Shown piece after piece: positions 25,641 to 38,474 of a stretch of DNA of 64,000 nucleotides. Position numbers and translations under genes: made by a program. Origin of the DNA: Eledone cirrhosa (Eukaryota); NCBI GenBank assembly GCA_964016885.1, contig OZ024740.1:24118001-24182000 (forward strand), given 5' to 3'. Below the pieces are notes generated by a model. It did no database searches, had not been told where the DNA came from, and was given only the letters and a program-made list of their open reading frames with translations. Every line of letters starts with the position of its first letter. Within the stretch, counting starts at the first letter, position 1.

Positions 25641-25816
25641 TGCGATAACGAAGAAGGACAAACATTGATAGCTATGACAGATTAACTTGGAAGGTTGTGT
25701 AGTTGTGGTCACTGAAAAAGGGGGTAGTAATACCAATAATAGTTGTAGTCTTAGGAAGCGTGAGTAGAGATCTTGAGAACTACCTTAAGCAAATAGGGAT
25801 TGTAATACGGATGGAG
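25641..25816 (+). pseudogene. C-terminal remnant of the restriction-like endonuclease ORF of an R4/Dong-type non-LTR retrotransposon
   Basis: Frame reads IDSYDRLTWKVV*LWSLKKGVVIPIIVVVLGSVSRDLENYLKQIGI, resembling the K..KY..L..E...LW...V.VIPIV.GALG.V...L..YL..LGI motif of RLE-type LINEs. There is an in-frame stop, and AAT/ATT repeats lie upstream. Confidence 0.75.
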
Positions 25817-25838
25817 GGTAGTCGAATGATAACGGTTA

Positions 25839-27973
25839 TTACATCAGTTCACTGTAATACAACTCTAGTGTTAGAAGCTGAGATAAGGGGTGTTACCTCA
25901 GTTCACTGGTAGTGAACAGTTAACACTGTAATACATCTCTAGTGTTAGAAGCTGAGATAAGGGGTGTTACCTCAGTCCACTGGTAGTGAACAGTTAACAC
26001 TGTAATACATCTCTAGTGTTAGAAGCTGAGATAAGGGGTGTTACCTCAGTCCACTGGTAGTGAACTGATGTAACACTAATACATCTCTAGTGTTAGAAGC
26101 TGAGATAAGGGGTGTTACCTCAGTCCACTGGTAGTGAACTGATGTAACACTGTAATACATCTCTAGTGTTAGAAGCTGAGATAAGGGGTGTTACCTCAGT
26201 CCACTGGTAGTGAACTGATGTAACACTGTAATACATCTCTAGTGGTAGAAGCTGAGATAAATGGTGTTACCTCAGTCCACTGGTAGTGAACAGTTAACAC
26301 TGTAATACATCTCCAGTGTTAGAAGCTGAGATAAGGGGTGTTACCTCAGTCCACTGGTAGTGAACTGATGTAACACTGTAATACATCTCTAGTGTTAGAA
26401 GCTGAGATAAGGGGTGTTACCTCAGTCCACTGGTAGTGAACTGATGTAACACTGTAATACATCTCTAGTGTTAGAAGCTGAGATAAATGGTGTTACCTCA
26501 GTCCACTGGTAGTGAACAGTTAACACTGTAATACATCTCTAGTGTTAGAAGCTGAGATAAGGGGTGTTACCTCAGTCCACTGGTAGTGAACTGATGTAAC
26601 ACTGTAATACATCTCTAGTGTTAGAAGCTGAGATAAGGGGTGTTACCTCAGTCCACTGGTAGTGAACTGATGTAACACTGTAATACATCTCTAGTGGTAG
26701 AAGCTGAGATAAATGGTGTTACCTCAGTCCACTGGTAGTGAACAGTTAACACTGTAATACATCTCCAGTGTTAGAAGCTGAGATAAGGGGTGTTACCTCA
26801 GTTCACTGGTAGTGAACAGTTAACACTGTAATACATCTCTAGTGTTAGAAGCTGAGATAAATGGTGTTACCTCAGTCCACTGGTAGTGAACTGATGTAAC
26901 ACTGTAATACATCTCTAGTGGTAGAAGCTGAGATAAGGGGTGTTACCTCAGTTCACTGGTAGTGAACAGTTAACACTGTAATACATCTCCAGTGTTAGAA
27001 GCTGAGATAAATGGTGTTACCTCAGTCCACTGGTAGTGAACAGTTAACACTGTAATAGATCTCCATTGTTAGAAGCTGAGATAAGGGGTGTTACCTCAGT
27101 TCACTGGTAGTGAACAGCTAACACTGTAATACATCACTAGAGTTAGAAGCTGAGATAAGGGGTGTTACCTCAGTCCACTGGTAGTGAACAGCTAACACTG
27201 TAATACATCTCCAGTGTTAGAAGCTGAGATAAGGGGTGTTACCTCAGTTCACTGGTAGTGAACAGCTAACACTGTAATACATCTCTAGTGTTAGAAGCTG
27301 GGATAAGGGGTGTTACCTCAGTTCACTGTTAGTGAACAGTTAACACTGTAATAGATCTCCATTGTTAGAAGCTGAGATAAGGGGTGTTACCTCAGTTCAC
27401 CGGTAGTGAACAGTTAACACTGTAATAGATCTCCATTGTTAGAAGCTGTGATAAGGGGTGTTACCTCAGTTCACCGGTAGTGAACAGTTAACACTGTAAT
27501 AGATCTCCATTGTTAGAAGCTGAGATAAGGGGTGTTACCTCAGTTCACTGGTAGTGAACAGCTAACACTGTAATACATCTCCAGTGTTAGAAGCTGAGAT
27601 AAGGGGTGTTACCTCAGTTTACTGGTAGTGAACAGGTAACACTGTAATACATCTCTAGTGGTAGAAGCTGAGATAAGGGGTGTTACCTCAGTTTACTGGT
27701 AGTGAACAGCTAACACTGTAATACATCTCCAGTGTTAGAAGCTGAGATAAGGGGTGTTACCTCAGTCCACTGGTAGTGAACAGCTAACACTGTAATACAT
27801 CTCCAGTGTTAGAAGCTGGGATAAGGGGTGTTACCTAAGTTCACTGTTAGTGAACAGTTAACACTGTAATAGATCTCCATTGTTAGAAGCTGAGATAAGG
27901 GTTGTTACCTCAGTTTAAGGGTAGTGAACAATTCAAACTGTAATACATCTCCAGTGTTAGAAGCTGAGATAAG
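25839..27973 (+). repeat. 74/76-bp minisatellite (~28 copies), probably the amplified LINE 3' UTR
   Basis: Unit AGTGTTAGAAGCTGAGATAAGGGGTGTTACCTCAGTCCACTGGTAGTGAACAGTTAACACTGTAATACATCTCT, period 74 checked at 25941 and 26015. Followed by (AAT)n at ~27983-28000. Confidence 0.95.
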
Positions 27974-27999
27974 TAAAATAACAATAATAATAATAATAA

Positions 28000-28110
28000 T
28001 GGGTTCTAATTTAGGCACAAGTGCATTACTGGTACTTTATTTCATCGACCACGGAAGGCAAAGTTAACCTCGGCAGGATTTCAATTCACAATGTAAACGG
28101 CCGTAACTCT
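28000..28110 (-). mobile_element. SINE family B fragment with deletions
   Basis: TAGGCACAA...TTACTGGTACTTTATTTCATCGACC...AAAGTTAACCTCGGCAGGATTT. Confidence 0.75.
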
Positions 28111-28347
28111 AATAATATAAATGATTTCTATTCTAATATATACATATAGATAATGTATTATAAGACCGAGGACGTACAAAAACGTGTTATGTAGGCGATA
28201 ATGCTATCTCTAGTATATAGATAGATATTCAGCTAATATCTTTGTGTCCAGAAAGATACGTATCCAACAAACTATGTTCAATATTTGTCTACTGAGAAAC
28301 TATTTAGAGATTAAATTATAGTAGAAAGAGAAGATTTCCAAAATATG

Positions 28348-28498
28348 GAAAAGGTTGAGTATTGACGTACACGGGAATCGAACCCACATCTTTGGTTATC
28401 CAGTCCATTGTGCTACCATTACATCAACACATCACGCATGGTTTAGATAACCAAAGATATCGGTTCGACACCCGTGTAGGTCAATACGCAACCTTTTC
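28348..28498. repeat. Inverted duplication of a tRNA-like (SINE head or pseudo-tRNA) sequence
   Basis: Arms at 28348-28400 and 28446-28498. The minus strand has TGATGTAATGGTAGCAC (A-box-like) and GGTTCGATTCCC (B box). Confidence 0.65.
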
Positions 28499-28873
28499 TA
28501 TTTTTAGAGGGTTTTAAACCCTACTATCAAGCTAAACCCACTATCAGGCTATACATTTCTTTAGTCCAAAACAGGTAAAAGCTTCTTTCTATATATTACT
28601 AAAACTCTGCGATTGCTTGCTTGCTTATCGGTAATGTATTTCACACAACTGGGCGCATAATGGGAAAATACTTTGAAAGGAAGTTGACCCTGAAACGGGA
28701 ATACGAATGGAATAAAACAAGTTTCACGTAAATCGGAGCCCGGGTTCCCGCGATATGGGGTTTTTCAGAGAGAGAGAAAGAGATAGTAGTAGTGAGAGAG
28801 TAGATTCAAAGAGAGACATAGAGAGTGGGAGAGGAGACAGAGAAGGAGAATGTAAGAAAGAGAGAGAGAGGGT

Positions 28874-28948
<75 letters not shown>

Positions 28949-28974
28949 AATGGTGTTGTTGCGTATATATGTGG

Positions 28975-29035
<61 letters not shown>

Positions 29036-29042
<7 letters not shown>

Positions 29043-29257
29043 TAAAATAACAGATTAAAGTTTAAGCAAAGAATCGCTTCTTTCACCCTTAACGGGATCT
29101 TCAGAAGATCCCGTTAAGGGTGAAAGCAGCGATTTTTTGCTTAAACTTTATTCTGTTATTTTAATAAATATTTTCTCTACGGTTCTTATATATTTGATAT
29201 ATATTTATCCTTATCGAGCCCTCTTTGGATATTAGTCTTCAAATTTATTATTATTAC

Positions 29258-29258
<1 letters not shown>
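29036..29258. mobile_element. (TA)n-flanked fold-back element 3
   Basis: ~67-bp arms centred on 29103, plus a unique tail to ~29258. Confidence 0.75.
29060..29104 (-). ncRNA. Hammerhead core lacking the 5' strand of stem I
   Basis: CUGAAGA-U CCC guuaa GGG U-GAA-AGAA gcga UUCU-U^-UGCUUAAAC. The inversion breakpoint falls at the start of the core. Confidence 0.7.
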
Positions 29259-29297
<39 letters not shown>

Positions 29298-30465
29298 AAT
29301 GTATATACATATATATATATGTGTGTATATGTGTGTGTGTGTGTCTATGACCAGTGTATATAGATCACAGACACCCACATATATATACACACACACACAT
29401 ACATACATATATATATATATATGTGTATACACATACACATGACACATTTATATATATACATACACACACGTATATACATGGGCCTTCTAATTTCACATTA
29501 TATACATGTCTGTGTATATTTTCATTATTTAACAATTATTTTTAAGTGAACAAGATTTTAAAAAATATATTTTGATGTGTATATGACCCAACGAGTGACG
29601 AGTGGTATAATTTCGACTAAAGTCCAAACATCGCTCGTTGTTTCAAAACAAACTTACTTGTACTTAGATATTAAGTTTATTAGATTAACCAATTTGCATA
29701 TATAATACATTTTTGGCAGGTATTTATTTCTGATGCGGTAATAGTGTTTTGTTTTAATGGTCGGGTAGCTTGTGACTAAACCGGCACCCCGCAAGACTCC
29801 GGTCTCGTGAGAAAGGTAAGTGAAACGCCAGTAACACAAAAACAAGAGCTTGTAAAGCGTAGATGAGGATCAGGTTCTAACATAGAAAGAAACAAGTCTT
29901 TCATGAGTATTTAGATAATATAAACTATGTTAATACGTATATATGTATGTATCTGTATATGTATGTAGATATGTGTGCAATTGCATGTGTTGATCTGTAT
30001 GTTTTACGTATTTATATGTACACGTTCATATGTTTCTGAATATATAAATATATATATACAATTATCATATTCTGAATTTCTGAAATATTTTACATATTCT
30101 TACAGTTCCGTTAATGGATTGTATTTGCAACTTCATAACTAGTCGTGTCCTCTCTGTATGTTTGAATGAATGTCGGCATAAATATATATTTGTGTGTGTA
30201 TGTATGTCTTCATACATGTTTGCACGTATGTGTGTATGTATGTATTTTTGAATGAATCTAGGCATATATATATATATATATATATATTAGTAAAAAGGAA
30301 AAGAAAATGCTGACAAATTGTTCCCAGTGAAAAGTAGTTTAATTAAGAATAAGTATAAGTTAGTAATAGGTATTTGTTAGTATTCAGTTTTAATTTTAAC
30401 ATTTTTACCGGTTGCGCATTTCTTATGGTTTTCAAAAATAATTTTGAGATAGAGTGCTCGTGATA

Positions 30466-30705
30466 TATAATGAAGGTGTGGTAAGGAACCAGATATATAT
30501 ATATATACATATATATATAATGAAGGTGTGGTAAGGAACCAGATGGACCATAACGCACCAGAGTACTTAATACTTAGGGTAGTGGAGTGGGCAATAGGAA
30601 AATGTTTAACCCCGACGGCAGAGCTTAAGCCGTTTCGACGGCTAGTCCAGAAATAGCCGTCGAAACGGCTTGAGCTCTGCCGTCGGGGTTAAACATTTTC
30701 ATTTT

Positions 30706-30710
<5 letters not shown>
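30466..30710. mobile_element. (TA)n-flanked fold-back element 4 with hammerhead 3' halves
   Basis: Arms at ~30593-30645 and 30654-30710. Both strands read GAA-ACGGC uuragcucu GCCGU-C^-GGGGUUAAAC (GUC triplet). CUGANGA is absent. The terminus is duplicated at 30466-30494. Confidence 0.7.
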
Positions 30711-30777
<67 letters not shown>

Positions 30778-30900
30778 TATACGTGTGAGTATGTATGTGT
30801 GCACATGTATTCACGTATGTATGTAATAATCCATGTTCTACGTATACATGCATATATGCCTGTATGAATGTTTTTGACTTTATTATTACATACATTTTTA

Positions 30901-30973
<73 letters not shown>

Positions 30974-31298
30974 TTAATACATTAACAGAGAAAGCTTTAA
31001 GCAATACTCCGACCGACAACCATCTCACTCAACAAACATTAGGATATACCTGAGTACAATGGTAATTATATGTTAGGGGCGCTAACTGTATTGTATTTTG
31101 CAGATAGCCGGCTGTATTATTTTATATGAGACATAATTAAATACATCTCTCCTACATAAGTTTTCTACAAATTGGGAAAATAATGTCCAGGTAATGTAGA
31201 AGACTGCATATAGTCCATAGGTATACATGCAGGTGAGCACTTATAACTCATCAGTGGATGCCCAGCAATATCAATATAAAAAAAAACATACTGATATT

Positions 31299-31483
31299 AA
31301 TTGTTTCTACTTTAGGCACAAGGCCAGCAATTACCCAGTGCATTACTGGTACTTTATTTTATCGACCCCGAAAGGATGAAAGGCAAAGTCAACCTCGGCG
31401 GGATTTGAACTCAGATCGTAAAGGGACGTAACTATGCTGGAAAGCATGGCGTCTGACCCTCTACTGATACTGCCAATCAACCG
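31299..31483 (-). mobile_element. SINE family B (short variant)
   Basis: Family-B consensus match. Confidence 0.9.
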
Positions 31484-31561
31484 ATATTCAGCGATGGTAC
31501 CCGTCAGTGCTAGAATGACCGCCAAATTTGAAATTCCAGCAGTGTCACAAAAATAAATTTC

Positions 31562-31604
<43 letters not shown>

Positions 31605-32015
31605 GGGAGAGAGATAGAGAAGGAGGGGAGATAGATATAGAGAGAGGGAGGGAGATAGATAGATGGAGAGAGAGAGAGGGAGAGAGAGAGAGAGAGAATC
31701 GGTTTCTAAGATAGGAACAAGACTTTTATTGAAATTTATTTGGGCCCATCAAATCATCAACTAGGTGTTTCTTTGTTATTGTTTAGAAAATATACATGTC
31801 TTCTTATGAGGGTCAAAACTAGGTCCAATAATCGATTAAATGTTTTATCATTTTCTCAATTCACAAGATAATTCGTATTTACTGGCACGTTCACATACCT
31901 ACATCTTAAATATGCGAATATTTACATGTTCATTAGTACAGTATCAGTTGCCCCCTCTGCATGTATACAGATATGATGATATGGTACAGCTCCCCTGCGA
32001 GCAAAACGCTTAGTA

Positions 32016-32068
<53 letters not shown>

Positions 32069-32073
<5 letters not shown>

Positions 32074-32565
32074 TATGAATACGTACATACATATATGTAT
32101 ACAGACGTACAGTAGTATGTATATATATATATTTATATATATATATATATATACATACATGCACACATATATATATGTACGTATGGATTCGCCGAACATT
32201 TATTATAATGCTCGGTGTGTCTGTAAACAAACACCCAAAATTAAAAAGTAACATGTCTAGCAACCATCGTTGCTCATTTGTTCAACACTGACAAAGGAAC
32301 GCTGTACTAGTTTCAAGCTTATTAGCTATCGTCAGCAACGTATACCTTCCTCCCAGATGGTTGAACATCTGAAAGCATATATTTCCTTATGCTTATTAAC
32401 GGCTGAGCAGCCTAATTTGCATATCGAGTGAGTTAATCGGCCGGGGTACCGAAAACGATAAACGGAAAAAATGAAACGAAATTTCATTTCTCACTCTTAG
32501 TACGGCTGTTACTTAAATATAAGTATGTATACGTACATACATATATGTATACAGACGTACAGTAG

Positions 32566-32615
<50 letters not shown>

Positions 32616-33164
32616 CATGCACACATATATATATGTACGTATGGATTCACCGAACATTTATTATAATGCTCGGTGTGTCTGTAAACATACATCCCGAATT
32701 AAGCCGTACAGTGTCTAGCAACCATCGTTGCTCATTTGTTCAACACTGACAAAGGAACGCTGTACTTATTCAAGCTTATTATCTATCGTCAGCAACGTAT
32801 ACCTTCCTACCAGATGGTTGAACGTCTGAAAGCATATACTTTCCTTATAGCTAAGGACGATAGCTAATAAGCTTGAAACAAGTACAGCGTTCCTTTGTCA
32901 GTGTTGAACAAATGAGCAACGATGGTTGCTAGACACTGTACGGCTTAATTCGGGATGTTTGTTTACAGACACACCGAGCATTATAATAAATGTTCGGTGA
33001 ATCCATACATACATATACATATATGTGTGCATGTATGTATATATATATATATATACATACTACTGTACGTCTGTATACATATATGTATGTATGTATACAT
33101 ACTTATATTTAAGTAACAGCCGTACTAAGAGTGAGAAATGAAATTTCGTTTCATTTTTTCCGTT

Positions 33165-33167
<3 letters not shown>
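32069..33167. mobile_element. Element 5: tandem (~450-bp period) plus inverted pseudo-LTR arrangement
   Basis: 32071-32390 is repeated at 32521-32848. 32856-33167 is the reverse complement of ~32458-32790. (TA)n lies at both ends. Confidence 0.85.
32294..32348 (-). ncRNA. Minimal type-I hammerhead ribozyme, intact core, extended stem I
   Basis: AAGG uau ACGUUG-CUGACGA-U AGCU aaua AGCU U-GAA-A cuag U-A^-CAGCGU u CCUU. ACUAGU is palindromic and the triplet is GUA. Confidence 0.85.
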
Positions 33168-33760
<593 letters not shown>

Positions 33761-34111
33761 ATGCAATCAGCCATATATACATGCATACGCATTTCCGTAT
33801 GTAATTAGTCGTCTAGATTTTTAAAAAAAAATACTAAATACAAAACAAAACAAGGAATAACATAATGTAGAAAAAGAAAAAAGAAAAACTAACACAGGAA
33901 ACTAAAGATAATAAAAATGAAAAGACAAATAGAAAATATGAGATAAAACATTTTCCAAGAAAATTCTTGCGATGTAGACATCTGGAAATCTCTCTTAATG
34001 TAGATTTAGACGTAAATCAGTACTTTTGCCGTCAGGCACTTCGTTCAGCAGACATACGCGACACTCCAATGACGCCGTGTTCTTGCTCTTCAACCATTGC
34101 AAAATAGAATG

Positions 34112-34133
34112 TGACGTCAGAGAAAATGGCGGC
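34112..34133 (+). promoter_or_regulatory. Adjacent CRE (TGACGTCA) and YY1-type (AAAATGGCGGC) motifs, candidate promoter or TSS
   Basis: Perfect consensus motifs 3 bp apart within a locally CpG-richer stretch (~34005-34155). Confidence 0.5.
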
Positions 34134-34661
34134 ACACACCTATTTGTCACCGTTGAAAATCTAATTTTTCATCTTACATACTTTAAAAATGTCTTTTTCT
34201 GAAACATTTTCAAATGACAATTAGTTAAATACTGAATATATTGCAACTAATTTCAGTGACGAAGGATTTTTATGTTAATTGTTTTCTTTCTGTTTTGTAT
34301 TTTAAGTTATGTGTATATTTATATATTTATTTTTCTAATTTGTAGTATCTTTTTTATGGGAAGGGTCGTGGTAGGAAACAGTCGACGTCTTTTTTGTTTA
34401 GTTTTCTTCCTACATTTCGTTGAGAATTCTGTATTCCATTAATCTTTATTCTACTCAGCCATCTCCCTAAATTTAATTTAAATGGAAATAGATTTGTGCT
34501 CTTCCTTACCAATTTCTTGTGAGTATGTAGTGTGTCTTTACACACACACACACGCACACACATACACACACACACATACTGACAGACACAGATACATACA
34601 CACACTCACACACACACACAGACACACTCAAAAGTATATATATATATATGCACATATATAA

Positions 34662-34694
<33 letters not shown>

Positions 34695-34730
34695 TATGTA
34701 TATGTTTACACATATACATATAGGTATGTA

Positions 34731-34775
<45 letters not shown>

Positions 34776-35241
34776 CTATCTCTATATATTTATATAGACA
34801 GAGGGGGGTGAGATAGAGAGAGATCTGTGCGTGTATATCTGTATGTGTTTTTATTAGATACCTACATGTGAGTTTGTGAACTACATACTGTATATGTGAC
34901 GATGCGTATAAGTTGTGATGAATCGAGATTATGAAGTTTCTTGTTATTTTTAACGTTCTTTCTAATTTGCAACGTTTGTTAAATTTCTAAGTTTTTTTTT
35001 CTTTTATGTACTACGATAGATTATTTAAATTCTTTTTCTCTCCTCATACATGGTTTATATTACCGTCAGGTTTGGTTCCAGAATTTGTGAGAATGAAGCA
35101 CTGATATCATATGGTGACGAACTTCGATTCTATCAAGATTCCTGCAGAAGAATTCCTGTTCATTAAATCTTCTATGAGTTTTTTGAAGAAATGACGAATG
35201 AGCTGGCACTTTGAGAAGAAACCAGCTGACCTTTTAAATAA

Positions 35242-35990
<749 letters not shown>

Positions 35991-37012
35991 TTTAATATTA
36001 TATATTGTTTGCAGTGATCTTTTCCATGACCCTCCAATGAGAAATAACAGTGCCATAATAAACAATAAACTCCCGATGTTGTCAAGTGTTGTGTTAAGGA
36101 CTATATGCTCAGTGTTTACATCACACTGAAGTCCACCTCTGTTTATCGTTTGGGAGAGTTTAAAACACATTCCAAGTCGATGATTTGGCGAGTTTATTAG
36201 ATTGTATGGCTGGATGCTTTGTGGTATTTTCTCTGACTCCAAGTATTCTGAGATCTTTTTGTTGTCGACTCAATCGTTACTACGGTTTAACTCGACCACC
36301 TGATTTTTTAGGATTTGTTGACGAAGTTTATTCTATTGGAAATAACGGGGCTAAGTACCTAGTTTTAGGATAACTTCTGTATATTTTACTTACCAGGCTT
36401 TGAGACCCTGACAAAATATAAGGTCGTAGGCGTTGACGTTCCCTTCGAATAAATAGGGAAAAAAACAGATTGAAAGCTTATTTTTCCTGTCCGAAAGCTC
36501 ACAGCCAAAGTATGTAAGAAGCTGCAAAGTACGACGTGCTTTACTCAGGATTATAAAATCTGACAAGTTGAAAGACAGAGAATTTAAACATAAGATTACA
36601 AATGTGTGTTCAGAATACATTTTTGCAATATTTAAATCTATGTAATTTTCGATTACTTCGATTTTCGATCTCCATGAAATATTATGTTTCTGGATATGAA
36701 AATACTCCCGAACTGGTTTCAATTTCGGAACATTTATGTCTATAGGAAGTGCAGTAAGCTTCCCTATCCTCAGTGAGTAAGCTTCTAATAACATAAAATC
36801 ATCTACACGTAAAAACATTTCAACAGTTGGGATTTATCTTCGTTTTTCTTTATCATGTATTGAATGTCGAGCTTTTCACAAGAGAATTCCATCTTTAACT
36901 CGATGGGAAAAATATGTCCATTAGTGGAGTTAATATGTGTACTTAGGTGTTCGTGAATCTGATAATATACAGCATAGTGAGTGGAAACGGAGCACGGTGT
37001 ATGACTAATAAT

Positions 37013-37176
37013 TGTTTCTACTTTAGGCACAAGGCCAGCAATTACCCAGTGCATTACTGGTACTTTATTTTATCGACCCCGTAAGGATGAAAGGTAAAGT
37101 AAACCTCGGCGGGATTTGAACTCAGATCGTAAAGGGACGTAACTATGCTGGAAAGCATGGCGTCCGACTCTCTACC
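37013..37176 (-). mobile_element. SINE family B, 5'-truncated, 16-bp TSD
   Basis: Flanked by GTGTATGACTAATAAT at 36997-37012 and 37177-37192. Confidence 0.93.
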
Positions 37177-37680
37177 GTGTATGACTAATAATAGAAAGCA
37201 AACTCAATGACAGAAACAAGATTATATGTATAAATGTACCAACCGGGTACTCTACATAGCATTATTATATTAATTCGGAAGTTAAGTGACTTGATGAAAC
37301 CAAGAGCAACAGTAAACAGTTTGTTAGATCTAGATCCCAATATACTAAAGGTGACATTCATATGATATACTTAGCACATCTGTATGGAAGATGAGCCTTG
37401 ATACCAATAACTGAATTACAATTAAATGAATTATAAAGACTTTCTGATAATATTTAGTAGGAAGAAAATATGTAGAGTGTTATGTAATGAGGTAAGACAA
37501 GAAAAACAAAAACATTCTCTCTCTCACTCTCTCTATATATATATATTCTTATAACAAATTCATGAGCAATATATACAATATATATATGTATATAGCAATA
37601 TATATAGCAATATATAGCAATATATAGCAATATATATAGCAATATATAGCAATATATATATATATATACACACACACATG

Positions 37681-37793
<113 letters not shown>

Positions 37794-38034
37794 ATGAAGT
37801 ACCAATAAATGTATCAACAATTATTTCATAACAGACCTGAAATATTTCATCAGAAACAATACAATTAGTCAAGGAAACTACACCTCCGTCGATATCAACG
37901 CGGACCCTTCGAATTAGGGGTTAGGTTCATATGAGGGGGTTCTATACATCTCCACTTTCATTTATCTCAATCACATCTAATGCATCTTTTTATAATAATT
38001 CATTGTTTCCGTAATTTCAGTATCTGTTGTTGTA

Positions 38035-38330
38035 GATGATGATGACGGTGATAATAATGATGATGATGCTGCTGATGATGATGGGATGATACAAAGATGA
38101 TGATGATCATCATCTTATTGATAAAGATGATAATCAATGATATGCTTCTCCGGCTGATCATGTTGATAATGCTGAACAAGATGATTATGACGACGACGAT
38201 GATGATGCTGATGATGATGATGTTGATGCAGATGATGATGATGATGGTGATGATGAGAAAGACAAAGATGGTTGATGATCAGAATGCTGACGACGAGGGA
38301 TGTGATGATATTGAAGACGATAAGGTAGAT
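38035..38330. repeat. Degenerate (GAT)n tract
   Basis: Read directly. Confidence 0.9.
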
Positions 38331-38474
38331 GGCGCTGGTTGGTGGTAATTCAGTGAGTGGGAAAGAAATGATAACACAATAAATTAAAAACAAGAAAAAA
38401 TAGAAAAAAAAGAACATAATATAACAACAAAGGAACAAAAACGTAATATTTTAAAATTCAGATAAAAACACTAG

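Noticed and set aside
29589-29640. CAACGAG...CTCGTTG hairpin with partial hammerhead words
   Set aside because: The core needs several changes on either strand, and there is no (TA)n or fold-back context.
35070-35105. cag|GTT TGG TTC CAG AAT = VWFQN, resembling a homeobox helix-3 exon
   Set aside because: Followed by L-stop. RMKH appears only after a frameshift and no upstream homeobox exon was found, so it is probably chance.
36390-36818. 142-aa minus-strand ORF
   Set aside because: Non-ATG start, no recognisable motif and no supporting splice signals identified.
37805-37862. Minus-strand CTGATGA...GAAA
   Set aside because: Stems I and II do not pair in register.
38097-38438. Poly-Met and poly-His ORFs
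   Set aside because: Translations of the (GAT)n tract.
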